Below are positions 1 through 9,537 of a stretch of DNA of 64,000 bases, piece by piece. The position numbers and the translations under genes were made by a program. This DNA comes from SAR86 cluster bacterium. GTDB lineage: Bacteria; Pseudomonadota; Gammaproteobacteria; Magnimaribacterales; TMED112. Position 1 is the first letter of the stretch, and each line of letters starts with the position of its first letter. The stretch spans positions 1,749-65,748 of the forward strand of contig QOPD01000004.1 in the NCBI GenBank assembly GCA_003331605.1, in the 5' to 3' direction. Below the pieces are notes generated by a model. That model had not been told where the DNA came from, searched no databases, and saw only the letters and a program-made list of their open reading frames with translations.

Positions 1-304
1 CCTGTATAGCTAACTCTGACAACATCTTTCTGTCAAGCTCTATGCCTTTTTGGTTAAGGCCATTTATAAATTTAGAATAAGAATATCCTAAGTTTCTAAC
101 TTCAGCATTGATTCTAATGATCCAAAGTCTTCTGAAGTCTCTTTTTCTATTTTTTCTGTCTCTGTAGGCATATTGTAATGATTTGATTAAAGATTGCTTA
201 GCTGTTTTAAAAAGCCTGGACCTAGCACCGTAATGCCCTTTTGTTCTTGCTAGAACTGCTTTGTGTTTTTTTGCTGCTAAGTTTCCTTTAGTTGTTCTTG
301 GCAT
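1..304 (-). CDS. rplT: 50S ribosomal protein L20, C-terminus cut by window edge
   Basis: Not in the ORF track. My minus-strand translation from ATG at 304-302 gives [33 protein letters not shown]...[24 protein letters not shown]...YSKFINGL, colinear with bacterial L20. The start overlaps the rpmI stop by 1 nt. Canonical infC-rpmI-rplT order. Confidence 0.93.
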   Translation of the reverse strand, partial: MPRTTKGNLAAKKHKAVLARTKGHYGARSRLFKTAKQSLIKSLQYAYRDRKNRKRDFRRLWIIRINAEVRNLGYSYSKFINGLNQKGIELDRKMLSELAIQ

Positions 305-495
305 TATGCTTCCAATAATTTATTTACTACTTTTAAATTTGCACCTTCTAAATTAGAGGTCCCTCGCGCATGTCTCTTTTTCTTAGTCTTGTGCTTCGAT
401 AGGATGTGACTTCTCCCAGCAGACCTCATTTTAAGGCCTGAACCCGTTGCTTTAAACCTCTTTTTAGCACTAGAGTGATTTTTTAATTTGCTCAT
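304..495 (-). CDS. rpmI: 50S ribosomal protein L35
   Basis: 63 aa, very basic ([24 protein letters not shown]...KKKRHARG), typical L35. Sits between infC and rplT, with a 4-nt overlap with infC. Confidence 0.93.
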   Translation of the reverse strand: MSKLKNHSSAKKRFKATGSGLKMRSAGRSHILSKHKTKKKRHARGTSNLEGANLKVVNKLLEA

Positions 496-1028
496 TTTGT
501 CTTCTTTGGAGCTAACATTGTACTATAAGCTCTGTTTTCAAACTTCGGCTCCACTAAAACAGAAGCAATATCTTCGGTTTCTTTGATGATACTGTCAAGT
601 AAAGTTTTACCAAAACTAGTGTTTCCAAGCTCCCTTCCTCTGAACATTACAGTCACTTTGACATTCGCTTTTTTATCCAGAAAGCCTTTTATCTTATTGA
701 GTTTGACATCAATATCCCCTTTACCAATATTTGGTCGCATTTTTATCTCTTTTTGCTCAAGCCTCTTCTGATTCTTTTTGGCAAGAGAAGCTTTCTTTTT
801 TTGGTCAAACTTATATTTCCCATAATCAATGATTTTTGCAACACAAGGTTCTTTATCAAATGTTATTTGAAGAATATCTAAGCCTTTATCTTCAGCAAGT
901 GTAATTGCATCAGATTTTGAAAACTCACCTAGTTTCTCACCAGACTCGGATATTACAGTCAATCTCTCTGCCTTCATAAATTTATTTACTGGAGGCTGAG
1001 GAGGTCTCTTTCTTCTTTGTGGTCTCAA
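492..1028 (-). CDS. infC: translation initiation factor IF-3, non-ATG start (TTG at 1028 or ATT at 1031)
   Basis: The motif DKEPCVAKIIDYGKYKFDQKKK and the C-terminal domain KEIKMRPNIGKGDIDVKL...VTVMFRGRE match IF-3. The N-terminal length only fits a start at the in-frame ATT-TTG pair. The first ATG is 17 codons further in. Confidence 0.93.
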   Translation of the reverse strand: MRPQRRKRPPQPPVNKFMKAERLTVISESGEKLGEFSKSDAITLAEDKGLDILQITFDKEPCVAKIIDYGKYKFDQKKKASLAKKNQKRLEQKEIKMRPNIGKGDIDVKLNKIKGFLDKKANVKVTVMFRGRELGNTSFGKTLLDSIIKETEDIASVLVEPKFENRAYSTMLAPKKTK

Positions 1029-1049
1029 AATTATTGTAGGATAGATGAA

Positions 1050-1068
1050 AAGCGATTCATGAACGCTT
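1050..1068 (-). terminator. possible weak hairpin between the VOC gene and infC (terminator or infC leader structure)
   Basis: The minus-strand RNA AAGCGUUCAUGAAUCGCUU can fold (5 bp plus 2 bp with one bulge) and is followed by UUCAUCU. The U-tract is short and the stem weak. Confidence 0.25.
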
Positions 1069-1125
1069 AGGGGTGTGGTTATCGAATGTCATAGAAAGGT
1101 GATATTAAAGGAATATTTAATTTTA

Positions 1126-1554
1126 TCAAGAGCTAAGGTCCCAAAGTGTTTCAGGGTTTTTCATGCATTTAACTTCAATTACATAATTAAATGGATCGCT
1201 GAGAAACATTGTCTCTTGCTCAGGAGGTCGTCCCTCAAATCTAACAAAGGGCTCCAGCAAGACATTGACATCATTGTTCTGCACTCTTTGTTTTAGGTTT
1301 GAAAAATCTGATTCAGAAAGATGTACACCAAAGTGAGGCACAGGAATATCGCACATATCAACAATCTTTCCTTCTATATTTTTTTGTGGCCTGTAGTCAC
1401 TGCATTCGTGCAATGTCAATTCATTGCCGAAAAAATTAATATCTTGCCAATCGTTCTCTGCTCTACCTTCCTCGCAGCCCAAGATATCGCAATAAAAACG
1501 TTTTGCTATCGGAAGATCTGTGACTTTAAGAGCTAAATGAAATCTTGAATGCAT
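1126..1554 (-). CDS. VOC (glyoxalase/extradiol dioxygenase-like) family protein
   Basis: 142 aa. N-terminus MHSRFHLALKVTDLPIAKRFYCDILGCEEGR...FFGNELTLHE is the pattern of small VOC-fold proteins. Substrate unknown. Confidence 0.7.
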   Translation of the reverse strand: MHSRFHLALKVTDLPIAKRFYCDILGCEEGRAENDWQDINFFGNELTLHECSDYRPQKNIEGKIVDMCDIPVPHFGVHLSESDFSNLKQRVQNNDVNVLLEPFVRFEGRPPEQETMFLSDPFNYVIEVKCMKNPETLWDLSS

Positions 1555-1557
1555 TTA

Positions 1558-3339
1558 TTAATTATATATGTCTTTAACTTTCATTTGAATATCTTTGCAA
1601 ATTGATTTGCTGAGTCCACATTCTTGTGAAAATTGCTCTACATTGATTTTTGCTAGGATCTCGATACTGCCAAATTCTTTGTAAATCTTATCAATAGTTT
1701 TGGGCCCAACACCTTTAATGTCTTGCAGGTAATGCTTAGTAAGGTTTTTTCTTTTTATTGACCTAAAGTTTTTAACAGCAAATCTATGAGCTTCGTCTCT
1801 GACATCTAAAAATAATTTCGACATGCTATCGTCTTTTCTGAACTCAACTTTATGATCGTCATAAAATAGATTCTCGATACCATATTTCCTCTTCTCACCT
1901 TTGCCCAGTGATACAAACTTAACTTTTTCTAGATCAATGGAGTTTTTTATTGAATTCAGGTGTGTTTTACCTCCATCAATTAGCACTACTGAAATATCAA
2001 AATTATTTTTTGAGTATTTTTCGATGCCATAAGCCAATGCTGAAATATCAGATTCAGCATGCTTATTGGGTACTCTAAAAAACCTATATTTTGATTTGTC
2101 TGGTCCTTGCTCGTTAAAATATACACAAGAAACAGTCTGAATATCACCAACTCCACCACTTACATCAAAACCAACAATGTTTATGTCGTCTGTTAGGCCC
2201 ATATTATTCTTCAAGTAATCTATACTTAACAAATATTTATTTGCTTTTTGGAGTTGAAGGCCTAGAAATTCTCTTGCATTTCTATCAGCCATTTCACACC
2301 ACTTCTTTTTATTCCCATGTGCAGGTGTCGTAAATTTAATGTGTGGGAAAAATGGTGATCTCATATTCTCCCTAATGGAGATAATTTCTTTGAGTTTTGG
2401 GTTCGCCAAGATTAATCTGCTTAAAAATTCTTCAAATAAATCATCTGAGCTTTTGCCGAGCTGATTTTTAAAAGAGTATCTCTTAATGTTTGAAAAAGCA
2501 TTTTTTTCTATATCAATAACTACAAAACTGACATCATCTTCCATTGCAGCCATACCTAAAACTTTTGTTTGGTCACCGCCTGAAAAAATAATTTGAGTTT
2601 CCTCAATGCGTCTGAGCATCTCGATTCGTGTTTTTATTTCTCCTGCTTTTTCAAAAGCTTGTTGATTGGAATATTTTTTCATTGATGATTTTAGATCTTT
2701 GATAATTTCTAAAAAATTTCCTTTGAGCACTTTTTTAGTATTTTTAATGTCTTCCAGGTAATCGCTTTGCGAAATCTTGCCTACACATGGTGCAGAGCAC
2801 TTACCTATCTGGTACTGCAAGCACGGGCGAGACCGATTTGAAAAAAATACATCATTACAGGTTCTGAGCTTAAAAATATTTTGTAGCTCAGAAATTGCAA
2901 CTCTAGTTCCTTTTGCACTGGTAAATGGTCCATAAAGGTCTTTTGATGCTTTTGTGGTCCTTTTAAACAAGACTTGAGGGTAATCATGTTTTTCGTTTAT
3001 CTCTATGTATGGAAAGGTTTTATCATCGCGCAATAAGATATTAAATCTTGGTTGATTTGATTTGATTAAATTCTGCTCTAACAATAATGCTTCGGTTTCA
3101 TTTTTTGTTATCAGAAAATCTGCGTCGATAACTCTATCGATTAATTTTGCAGTCTTATATTCTTTGATTGTTTTGGTGAAGTACGAGCTTGCTCTTTTTC
3201 GCAAGTTTTTTGCTTTACCGATATATAGAAGGGAATTGGAATCGTAAAATCGATACACTCCTGGTTTCTGGGGAAATGATTTTACTTTTTCTTTAACGCT
3301 AGCTTTCACCGGAGAATTTTTTTGTGTTGAGCTTGCCAA
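1558..3339 (-). CDS. uvrC: excinuclease ABC subunit C
   Basis: 593 aa. GIY-YIG motif GVYRFYDSNSLLYIGKAKNLRKRASSYF, UvrBC-interaction region, and a C-terminal HhH (IKGVGPKTIDKIYKEFGS). The track start is TTG. An in-frame GTG at 3309 would cut the overlap with pgi from 41 to 11 nt. Confidence 0.95.
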   Translation of the reverse strand: MASSTQKNSPVKASVKEKVKSFPQKPGVYRFYDSNSLLYIGKAKNLRKRASSYFTKTIKEYKTAKLIDRVIDADFLITKNETEALLLEQNLIKSNQPRFNILLRDDKTFPYIEINEKHDYPQVLFKRTTKASKDLYGPFTSAKGTRVAISELQNIFKLRTCNDVFFSNRSRPCLQYQIGKCSAPCVGKISQSDYLEDIKNTKKVLKGNFLEIIKDLKSSMKKYSNQQAFEKAGEIKTRIEMLRRIEETQIIFSGGDQTKVLGMAAMEDDVSFVVIDIEKNAFSNIKRYSFKNQLGKSSDDLFEEFLSRLILANPKLKEIISIRENMRSPFFPHIKFTTPAHGNKKKWCEMADRNAREFLGLQLQKANKYLLSIDYLKNNMGLTDDINIVGFDVSGGVGDIQTVSCVYFNEQGPDKSKYRFFRVPNKHAESDISALAYGIEKYSKNNFDISVVLIDGGKTHLNSIKNSIDLEKVKFVSLGKGEKRKYGIENLFYDDHKVEFRKDDSMSKLFLDVRDEAHRFAVKNFRSIKRKNLTKHYLQDIKGVGPKTIDKIYKEFGSIEILAKINVEQFSQECGLSKSICKDIQMKVKDIYN

Positions 3340-4642
3340 GCTCTACTCCCCACTGATCAAAGGCATTTATGTTCCAGATTAAACTATTTAATATTGTCTT
3401 ATTTTCCCAAATTGCCATAAGAGCACCAACTGTTCTAGGAGAAATTTGATCAAGCAATACTGTCGTAAGGCGTCGTATTTTTGTTTGCCTATAGCTTTCA
3501 AGTTCTTTATCTGTACCTTCAACAAGCGATTGCTGTTGTCCAAGAAACTGCAAGTAGTTAAGCTTCGTGGAATTTATTTGAGCTATTAGATAAATATTAA
3601 AATCTTTAGTTCCCTGATACAGCAACTGATAAAATGAATGTTGCGATTCTGGGCCATAACCTCCCCATATGATTGGGTTAGTATCCACTAAACTCTCATC
3701 ACCTTTAATATCGACAGATTTGCCATTTGACTCCATTTCAAGCTGTTGAGCATAGCGGGAAAAATTTCTTAGTTTCCAGTCATAATTAAGCAAAACACTA
3801 GTTTGATTACTTAGAATGTTGTTGTGGAATATATCTTGGCAGGATAATTTCATGATTATGCTTTCATATTCATTTTCCAATAATTCAAGATCAGCTAAGT
3901 GGCCTCCTTCTAAGAATTCTTTGTATGCATCTTCCCCTAGGAAAATAGATAGCAAAATTGATATTGGTGACCAAATTGAAAATCGTCCGCCGACATTAAT
4001 ATCAAAACTAATTATATTATCCTTATGAATGCCATAATCCTCAGCTAGTCTTGGCGCTGCAGTTACTGCATAAGTATTACTTAAGAACTTTTTATTGGTG
4101 ACTTCTTCAAATGAATTTAAAGTTTCTAAAGTGCTAAAAGATTTTGAAGCAACTATAAAACAGCATTTATCTAAATTTACTCCCGCCAGCTTATCTGCAT
4201 ATTCATCAGGATCGCTTCCAGTAATTAAGCAGGCTTTATCATAAAAGTTGTTAACCAAAGCTTCACCGACAAATGCAGGTCCTAGCTGAGACCCTCCAAT
4301 GCCAAAAAAAACTACTTTTTCGTAGCCAGTCTCTCTTATTTTTTTGGAAATAGAAAATAATTTCTTTTGATGACGTTCATATTCATCAGAAATGCTTGGC
4401 ATTCTATACTTGAAGTGAGTAACCGAACGGCCCTCTGTAACATTAACAACATCCCCGTTGTATATTCCAGTGAATTTTTCATGGATTTTTTGTGCTCTTG
4501 CTAACTGTATGAAGTCTGCATAAAATTCTTCAGGTATCTTTTGATCAGTAAAAACAAAGGTGCAACCTGCTAGCTCACTCTTATGCTCTAAATATTTCTG
4601 TGGGTATTTATCAAACTTTGTTCTTAAATTCTCAATACTCAT
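3299..4642 (-). CDS. pgi: glucose-6-phosphate isomerase (short ~450-aa type)
   Basis: 447 aa. Motifs GIGGSQLGP, VASKSFSTLET and QQLEMESNGK are characteristic of PGI. Confidence 0.9.
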   Translation of the reverse strand: MSIENLRTKFDKYPQKYLEHKSELAGCTFVFTDQKIPEEFYADFIQLARAQKIHEKFTGIYNGDVVNVTEGRSVTHFKYRMPSISDEYERHQKKLFSISKKIRETGYEKVVFFGIGGSQLGPAFVGEALVNNFYDKACLITGSDPDEYADKLAGVNLDKCCFIVASKSFSTLETLNSFEEVTNKKFLSNTYAVTAAPRLAEDYGIHKDNIISFDINVGGRFSIWSPISILLSIFLGEDAYKEFLEGGHLADLELLENEYESIIMKLSCQDIFHNNILSNQTSVLLNYDWKLRNFSRYAQQLEMESNGKSVDIKGDESLVDTNPIIWGGYGPESQHSFYQLLYQGTKDFNIYLIAQINSTKLNYLQFLGQQQSLVEGTDKELESYRQTKIRRLTTVLLDQISPRTVGALMAIWENKTILNSLIWNINAFDQWGVELGKLNTKKFSGES

Positions 4643-5288
4643 ATTCTTTGATCGCCCCTTCGATATTTTCTGACTGCGTTATAGGTCTGCCAACAACTAT
4701 GTAATCTGCTCCAAGATTATAAGCTTCTGATGATGTCATTGTGCGCTGTTGGTCATCATTCAAAGCCTTATTCCTGATGCCAGGAACAACTTTTGTACCT
4801 CGATATTCATGCAATAGATTAAGTTCATTGGCACTGCATACTAAGCCATCAATCTTTGTATCATTTGCTAAACTTATTAATCTTGCAAATTGATCTGAAA
4901 AAACTGATCCATATAAGCTTCGAATATGACTGTCATTTAGACTGGTAAGTAATGTTACTCCTATTATTTTTGTAGATTGTACAGAGGACAGTGCCGCTTC
5001 TATCATCTCCTTGCCACCCTGAAGATGAATAGTAGTCATAAAGACATTAAACTTTTCAATTTCACTTAATGCCTTGCTTACTGTATTAGGAATGTCATGC
5101 AATTTGAGATCTAAGAAAATATCAAACCCAGCATTTGAGATCATTTCTAAAATGCTCTCTCTTTGTGACAAGTATAGCTGTAGGCCAACTTTTACCATAC
5201 ATCTATTTGGGTTTAGTTGTGAGAGTAAAGCTTTTACATCTTCTCTATCGCTATAATCAAGCGCAACAATTAGTCTCTTATTAGACAT
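4632..5288 (-). CDS. pyrF: orotidine 5'-phosphate decarboxylase
   Basis: 218 aa. LIVALDYSD..., KVGLQLY, DIFLDLKLHDIPNTV and a C-terminal VVGRPIT match OMP decarboxylase. Confidence 0.92.
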   Translation of the reverse strand: MSNKRLIVALDYSDREDVKALLSQLNPNRCMVKVGLQLYLSQRESILEMISNAGFDIFLDLKLHDIPNTVSKALSEIEKFNVFMTTIHLQGGKEMIEAALSSVQSTKIIGVTLLTSLNDSHIRSLYGSVFSDQFARLISLANDTKIDGLVCSANELNLLHEYRGTKVVPGIRNKALNDDQQRTMTSSEAYNLGADYIVVGRPITQSENIEGAIKEYEY

Positions 5289-5321
5289 ATTGGCAATTGT
5301 AAGAAATGTTTAAGGTTTTTT

Positions 5322-6635
5322 CTATGAGACCAAAGATAGTGAAATCCTTTCTCTTTCTGAATCCATTCCAGAAATTGAAACTGTAATTTGATCGCCTGCT
5401 TTGTATTTTTCTTGGATCTCTTCAGGACCAACTACAATTTCAGAATGATGAATTAATCCATCTATACCTCCATCAAGCTCAACAAAAATTCCAAAGTCGG
5501 TGACGGATTTAATATTCATATTTTCAAGAATATCACCAGCATTATGCTTGTCTTCAAAATCTTTCCATGGATTTTCAGTAGTGTGCTTCTTGCTTAAAGA
5601 AACTTTCCTTTCTTCAAGATCAATCTCCATAACTTTAACTGTTATGCTATCGCCCCTGCTTAAAATTGAAGATGGGTTGATGTTCTTATTTTTCCAATCT
5701 AGATCGGTTATATGTACTAGACCTTCTATATCCTCGTCTAGTTTCACAAAGCAACCATAATCTGTAGTTAGGGCGACTTCTCCTTCAACAATTTGACCAA
5801 CATGATACTTGCTTTCAATATCTTTCCACGGATCCCCTGCTAATTGCTTAAGCCCCAAGGAAACTCTCATTTTTTCTTGATCAAAGGATAGAACTAAAAA
5901 TTCCATTTTATCTCCAACATTTAGAACTTCTTTTGGATGCATAACTCTTTTCCATGAAAGATCAGTAATATGCAATAGGCCGTCAAGGCCACCTAGGTCA
6001 ACAAATGCACCGTAGTCGGTTAAATTTTTAATTGTTCCTTCAATTGTTTCGCCCTCTTTAATGACTTCTAATAGTCTTTCTCTTTCTTCAGAATTTTGTT
6101 CCTGTAATACAGCTTTCCTCGAAAGAACAATGTTTGTTCTTTTTTTATCAAACTTCATTACTTTGAACTCAAGAGTTTGACCAGAAAGATCTGGATAATC
6201 TTTTCCGCCCTTTGGATCAACTAAAGAGCCAGGCAAAAATGCTTTAACAACATCAACAAAGACAGTGAAACCACCTTTGACTTTGTTTACAACTTTACCT
6301 TCAACATAAGTTCCTTCTGCGTGTGATTTTTCTAGACTATCCCAGGTTTCTTGTTTTCTTGCTTTTTCTCTAGAGAGCCTAATTTCACCAAAACCATCAT
6401 CTAATGCATCTAAGATCACTTCAACTTCATCACCCTCAGCTACATGTACTTCATTTGCATGATTTTCAAATTCCTCAATTGGTACCAGTCCATCTGATTT
6501 AAAACCTATATCCAATGTGACCCATTTTTTTCCAATTTGCAGAACATTTGCTTTCACTAGAGAGCCTTGCACAAGGTCAAAGCTTTCGAAACTTTTGTCT
6601 AACAGTTGTTGTAGTGTGTTTTCAGTATCTTTCAT
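5322..6635 (-). CDS. rpsA: 30S ribosomal protein S1, five S1 domains only
   Basis: 437 aa. I count five OB/S1 repeats (for example GETIEGTIKNLTDYGAFVDLGGLDGLLHITDLSW, GQIVEGEVALTTDYGCFVKLDEDIEGLVHITDL, GDILENMNIKSVTDFGIFVELDGGIDGLIHHSEI). Canonical cmk-rpsA linkage. Confidence 0.93.
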   Translation of the reverse strand: MKDTENTLQQLLDKSFESFDLVQGSLVKANVLQIGKKWVTLDIGFKSDGLVPIEEFENHANEVHVAEGDEVEVILDALDDGFGEIRLSREKARKQETWDSLEKSHAEGTYVEGKVVNKVKGGFTVFVDVVKAFLPGSLVDPKGGKDYPDLSGQTLEFKVMKFDKKRTNIVLSRKAVLQEQNSEERERLLEVIKEGETIEGTIKNLTDYGAFVDLGGLDGLLHITDLSWKRVMHPKEVLNVGDKMEFLVLSFDQEKMRVSLGLKQLAGDPWKDIESKYHVGQIVEGEVALTTDYGCFVKLDEDIEGLVHITDLDWKNKNINPSSILSRGDSITVKVMEIDLEERKVSLSKKHTTENPWKDFEDKHNAGDILENMNIKSVTDFGIFVELDGGIDGLIHHSEIVVGPEEIQEKYKAGDQITVSISGMDSERERISLSLVS

Positions 6636-7263
6636 TAATAATTTTTTTAATTATGCTCAAAGTATCTTCAACAGTCTCATTAGTGTTATCAACCATAATT
6701 GAATTAGCTGTTTTGGTCAGTGGAGACACTTTTCTTTCACTGTCTCTCTGATCTCTAATAGTTAACTCGTCTTTGAGTTTTGAGATATTAACCTTTTGTC
6801 CATGATTTCTCAACTGATTTAAGCGTCTGTTCAATCTTTCTTCTAAGCTTGCTGTTAAGAATATTTGCACCTTAGAATCAGGAAATAATCGAGATGACAT
6901 ATCTCTACCTTCTGCAACTAATCCGGGTTCCTTTAAATAAGCCTTTTGTATTTCAAATAAATCATCTCTTATATGCTGTTGTTGGGAAATTTCAGACGAT
7001 AACATTGATATTTCTGCACTTCGTATATCAATCGTTATATCCTTATCCTTGTATATAATCTTTTCATTTAGGGCATCAAATTCGTGCTTTATTGAAGAAA
7101 TTTCTTTTTTAATATTTATGATTTTATTTTTTAATAAATAGGCATAGCACCTGTAGATTAGTCCACTATCAAGATAATTCCAGCCTAAATCTAAAGCTAG
7201 CAGCTTTGCTATTGTTCCTTTGCCAGAGCCAGATGGGCCATCAATTGCAACAATTGGAATCAT
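6622..7263 (-). CDS. cmk: cytidylate kinase
   Basis: 213 aa. P-loop IVAIDGPSGSGKGTIAKLLA. Conserved position between aroA and rpsA. Confidence 0.93.
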   Translation of the reverse strand: MIPIVAIDGPSGSGKGTIAKLLALDLGWNYLDSGLIYRCYAYLLKNKIINIKKEISSIKHEFDALNEKIIYKDKDITIDIRSAEISMLSSEISQQQHIRDDLFEIQKAYLKEPGLVAEGRDMSSRLFPDSKVQIFLTASLEERLNRRLNQLRNHGQKVNISKLKDELTIRDQRDSERKVSPLTKTANSIMVDNTNETVEDTLSIIKKIINERY

Positions 7264-8504
7264 GATTTAATCAGTGTAAACCCTAGCTGCTCTAAATTGC
7301 TAATAAAATTGGGGAACGATGTTGCGATACTTTTTATATCATCGATGTAAATATCACTTGTGCTCCTGACAGATGAAATTACAGCACACATCGCGATTCT
7401 GTGATCTCCAAAAGAATTAAAAGAACCTCCATCAAAAGTGAAATTTTTTCCTGCGCCAATTATTTTCAAACTGTCATCCTGTTGTTCATATTGCACTCCT
7501 AATGTGTTGAGGATTTTCTGAATAGCATCTAGTCTATTTGATTCTTTAACTCTCAGCTCACCAATGCCATCTAATTTAAGCTGGCCATCCGAAAAAGCAG
7601 CGACTACAGATAAAATTGGAATCTCATCAATTAGGTTTGGTACCAAATAATTGGGGACTGACTTTAGCTTTAATTGACTGCTACGCACGACTAAATCGGC
7701 TATAAGCTCACGGTTCTTAATACGTTTTTTCCTTATCTCTATTTTTGCTTCCATCTCTTTAAGAAGTTCTAAAAAAGCAATCCTTGTTGAATTAAGTCCC
7801 ACATCAGGAATGAAAAGTTCAGAGTCAGGAGCAAGCAAACCAAGCGCTATAAAAAAAGATGCAGATGAAAAATCACCTGGAACAAAAATAGATTTTTTTT
7901 CATAACCTTTGGCTCCATCTAAAACAATCACGTTTCCTTCATCGGCTTGTTCTATTTTTAGATCTGCTTCTAAATGTAAAAGCATTAACTCTGTATGATT
8001 TCTGGTTTCAATAGGCTCTATGATTTTAATTTTTGTGCGTGCATTTAAAGCTGCTAGCAATAAGGAACTTTTGAGTTGAGCACTTGCAACTGGCATGACA
8101 TAAAAGAATTCATCTTTTAATCTTGCTGGGTTTATTTGTATGGGTGCTTTTCCATTTGTGAGTGAAATATTAGCGCCCATTGAATTTAGTGGATCAGCAA
8201 TTCTGGCCATTGGTCTTGAATTTAATGACTTATCACCACTTAAAGAAAAGCTCTTGCCTGTTCCCGATAAATAACCTGTTAAAAGTCTTATGCCTGTACC
8301 AGAGTTGCCTAAAAATAAATCTTTTTTGCTCTTAGATGAGTTGCTTTCTAAAACAGCTTTTTTTGTTGAAATAATATCTTCCCCCAATACACCACTATTT
8401 GTAGGCAAGTTGAGAATAGCTGCTCGTTGTGCAATTGATTTATCGAGAGGTAGTTCTATTTGGCCAGAAAAATTTTTTGCTGGCCTAACTTTTATTGGTG
8501 ACAT
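7260..8504 (-). CDS. aroA: 3-phosphoshikimate 1-carboxyvinyltransferase (EPSP synthase)
   Basis: 414 aa. Motifs LGNSGTGIRLLTG, LRVKESNRL and GDHRIAM. Confidence 0.93.
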   Translation of the reverse strand: MSPIKVRPAKNFSGQIELPLDKSIAQRAAILNLPTNSGVLGEDIISTKKAVLESNSSKSKKDLFLGNSGTGIRLLTGYLSGTGKSFSLSGDKSLNSRPMARIADPLNSMGANISLTNGKAPIQINPARLKDEFFYVMPVASAQLKSSLLLAALNARTKIKIIEPIETRNHTELMLLHLEADLKIEQADEGNVIVLDGAKGYEKKSIFVPGDFSSASFFIALGLLAPDSELFIPDVGLNSTRIAFLELLKEMEAKIEIRKKRIKNRELIADLVVRSSQLKLKSVPNYLVPNLIDEIPILSVVAAFSDGQLKLDGIGELRVKESNRLDAIQKILNTLGVQYEQQDDSLKIIGAGKNFTFDGGSFNSFGDHRIAMCAVISSVRSTSDIYIDDIKSIATSFPNFISNLEQLGFTLIKS

Positions 8505-8510
8505 AGAAGC

Positions 8511-9263
8511 TTAAGTTAATTTTTGTCTTATTCTTTTTAATGCGATTTCAAATTTTTCTAGCCCTGCTTTAATGTTCTTGGCATTATCGCTAAATATCTC
8601 GTCCCATAAAGCTTCATTGGATGCTCCAAGACGCTCAATTTCCTTACCACTACCAGCAAAGAGTTTTGGATTTATGTTTTCACCATCAAGTGACTCCTTA
8701 TATGCTCTTGCAATGAAATGAGGTAAATGGCTGACTAAACCGAATACTTTATCATGAGTAGCCAGATCAATAGAAATTACCTCCATCTTTAATGACTCCC
8801 AAAATTTTGATAATTTTTCCTCATAATCTGATTCTGAATGAATTAGAACAACAGTTTTATTTGCAAATAAATTCACATCAGCATATTCAGGTCCAGATTT
8901 ATCACTTCCACATATGGGATGCGATGAAACGAAGTTCTTTGGCAATTTAATGGAGTTTAAGTGTTGTTTAGAGCTTGAAATATCTGTGATTACTGCCTTG
9001 CTTGAAAACATTGCAGCAGCTTTCAAAATAATTTTAGGTATTTGCTTAATAGGCGAACAAATTATTATAAAATCAAAATCTATTCCAACTTTTTCTAAAT
9101 CATCATAAAGGATAAAATCAGAAGGTTTATTTTGGATTAAAGTTTTATTATTTAAATTGGGTTCAACAATAGATATCTCATGTTTATCAGCTCTTGCCGC
9201 TAAGGCCATAGAAAGTGAGTAGCCCATAAAACCTCCTCCTACAATTAGAATTCTATTCATCAA
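8511..9263 (-). CDS. tyrA: prephenate/arogenate dehydrogenase (stand-alone catalytic core)
   Basis: 250 aa. N-terminal Rossmann motif ILIVGGGFMGYSLSMAL, and SSHPICGS...GLVSHLPHFIA typical of TyrA. Located in the aro gene block. Confidence 0.8.
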   Translation of the reverse strand: MMNRILIVGGGFMGYSLSMALAARADKHEISIVEPNLNNKTLIQNKPSDFILYDDLEKVGIDFDFIIICSPIKQIPKIILKAAAMFSSKAVITDISSSKQHLNSIKLPKNFVSSHPICGSDKSGPEYADVNLFANKTVVLIHSESDYEEKLSKFWESLKMEVISIDLATHDKVFGLVSHLPHFIARAYKESLDGENINPKLFAGSGKEIERLGASNEALWDEIFSDNAKNIKAGLEKFEIALKRIRQKLT

Positions 9264-9537
9264 CTTTCTGCTGGTTTAAGGAGGTCTTCATTATTGATTT
9301 GAAAATTGCTTTCAAATCATGTTTAGGATAAATCAATGGAAGTTCATCTATCTTTTTAAGAATTTCTTCTTCTCGGCTTTCATCAAATAAAGCTCTATCA
9401 AGGCTGCGTTTTATACGCCCGATTTCTCTTGTAAGATTAAATCGAGATTCAAGTAAAGCGATAATCTCAGCATCAATTGAATCAATTTCTTCTCGAATAA
9501 ATACTAATGTTTTTTGATCATCCATATTGTTTCTCAA
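9253..9537 (-). CDS. chorismate mutase, AroQ (type II) stand-alone
   Basis: 94 aa. LVFIREEIDSIDAEIIALLESRFNLTREIGRIK is the CM_2 helix pattern. It occupies the pheA slot between serC and tyrA but has no dehydratase or ACT domain. Confidence 0.75.
   Translation of the reverse strand: MRNNMDDQKTLVFIREEIDSIDAEIIALLESRFNLTREIGRIKRSLDRALFDESREEEILKKIDELPLIYPKHDLKAIFKSIMKTSLNQQKVDE

Noticed and set aside
3299-3339. The 41-nt uvrC/pgi overlap and the 41-nt xseB/ispA overlap (26734-26774) as signs of frameshift or pseudogenisation.
   Set aside because: Both downstream proteins are full length with intact motifs. In-frame alternative starts (GTG 3309 for uvrC, GTG 26791 for ispA) shorten or remove the overlaps, so this is a start-calling artefact.
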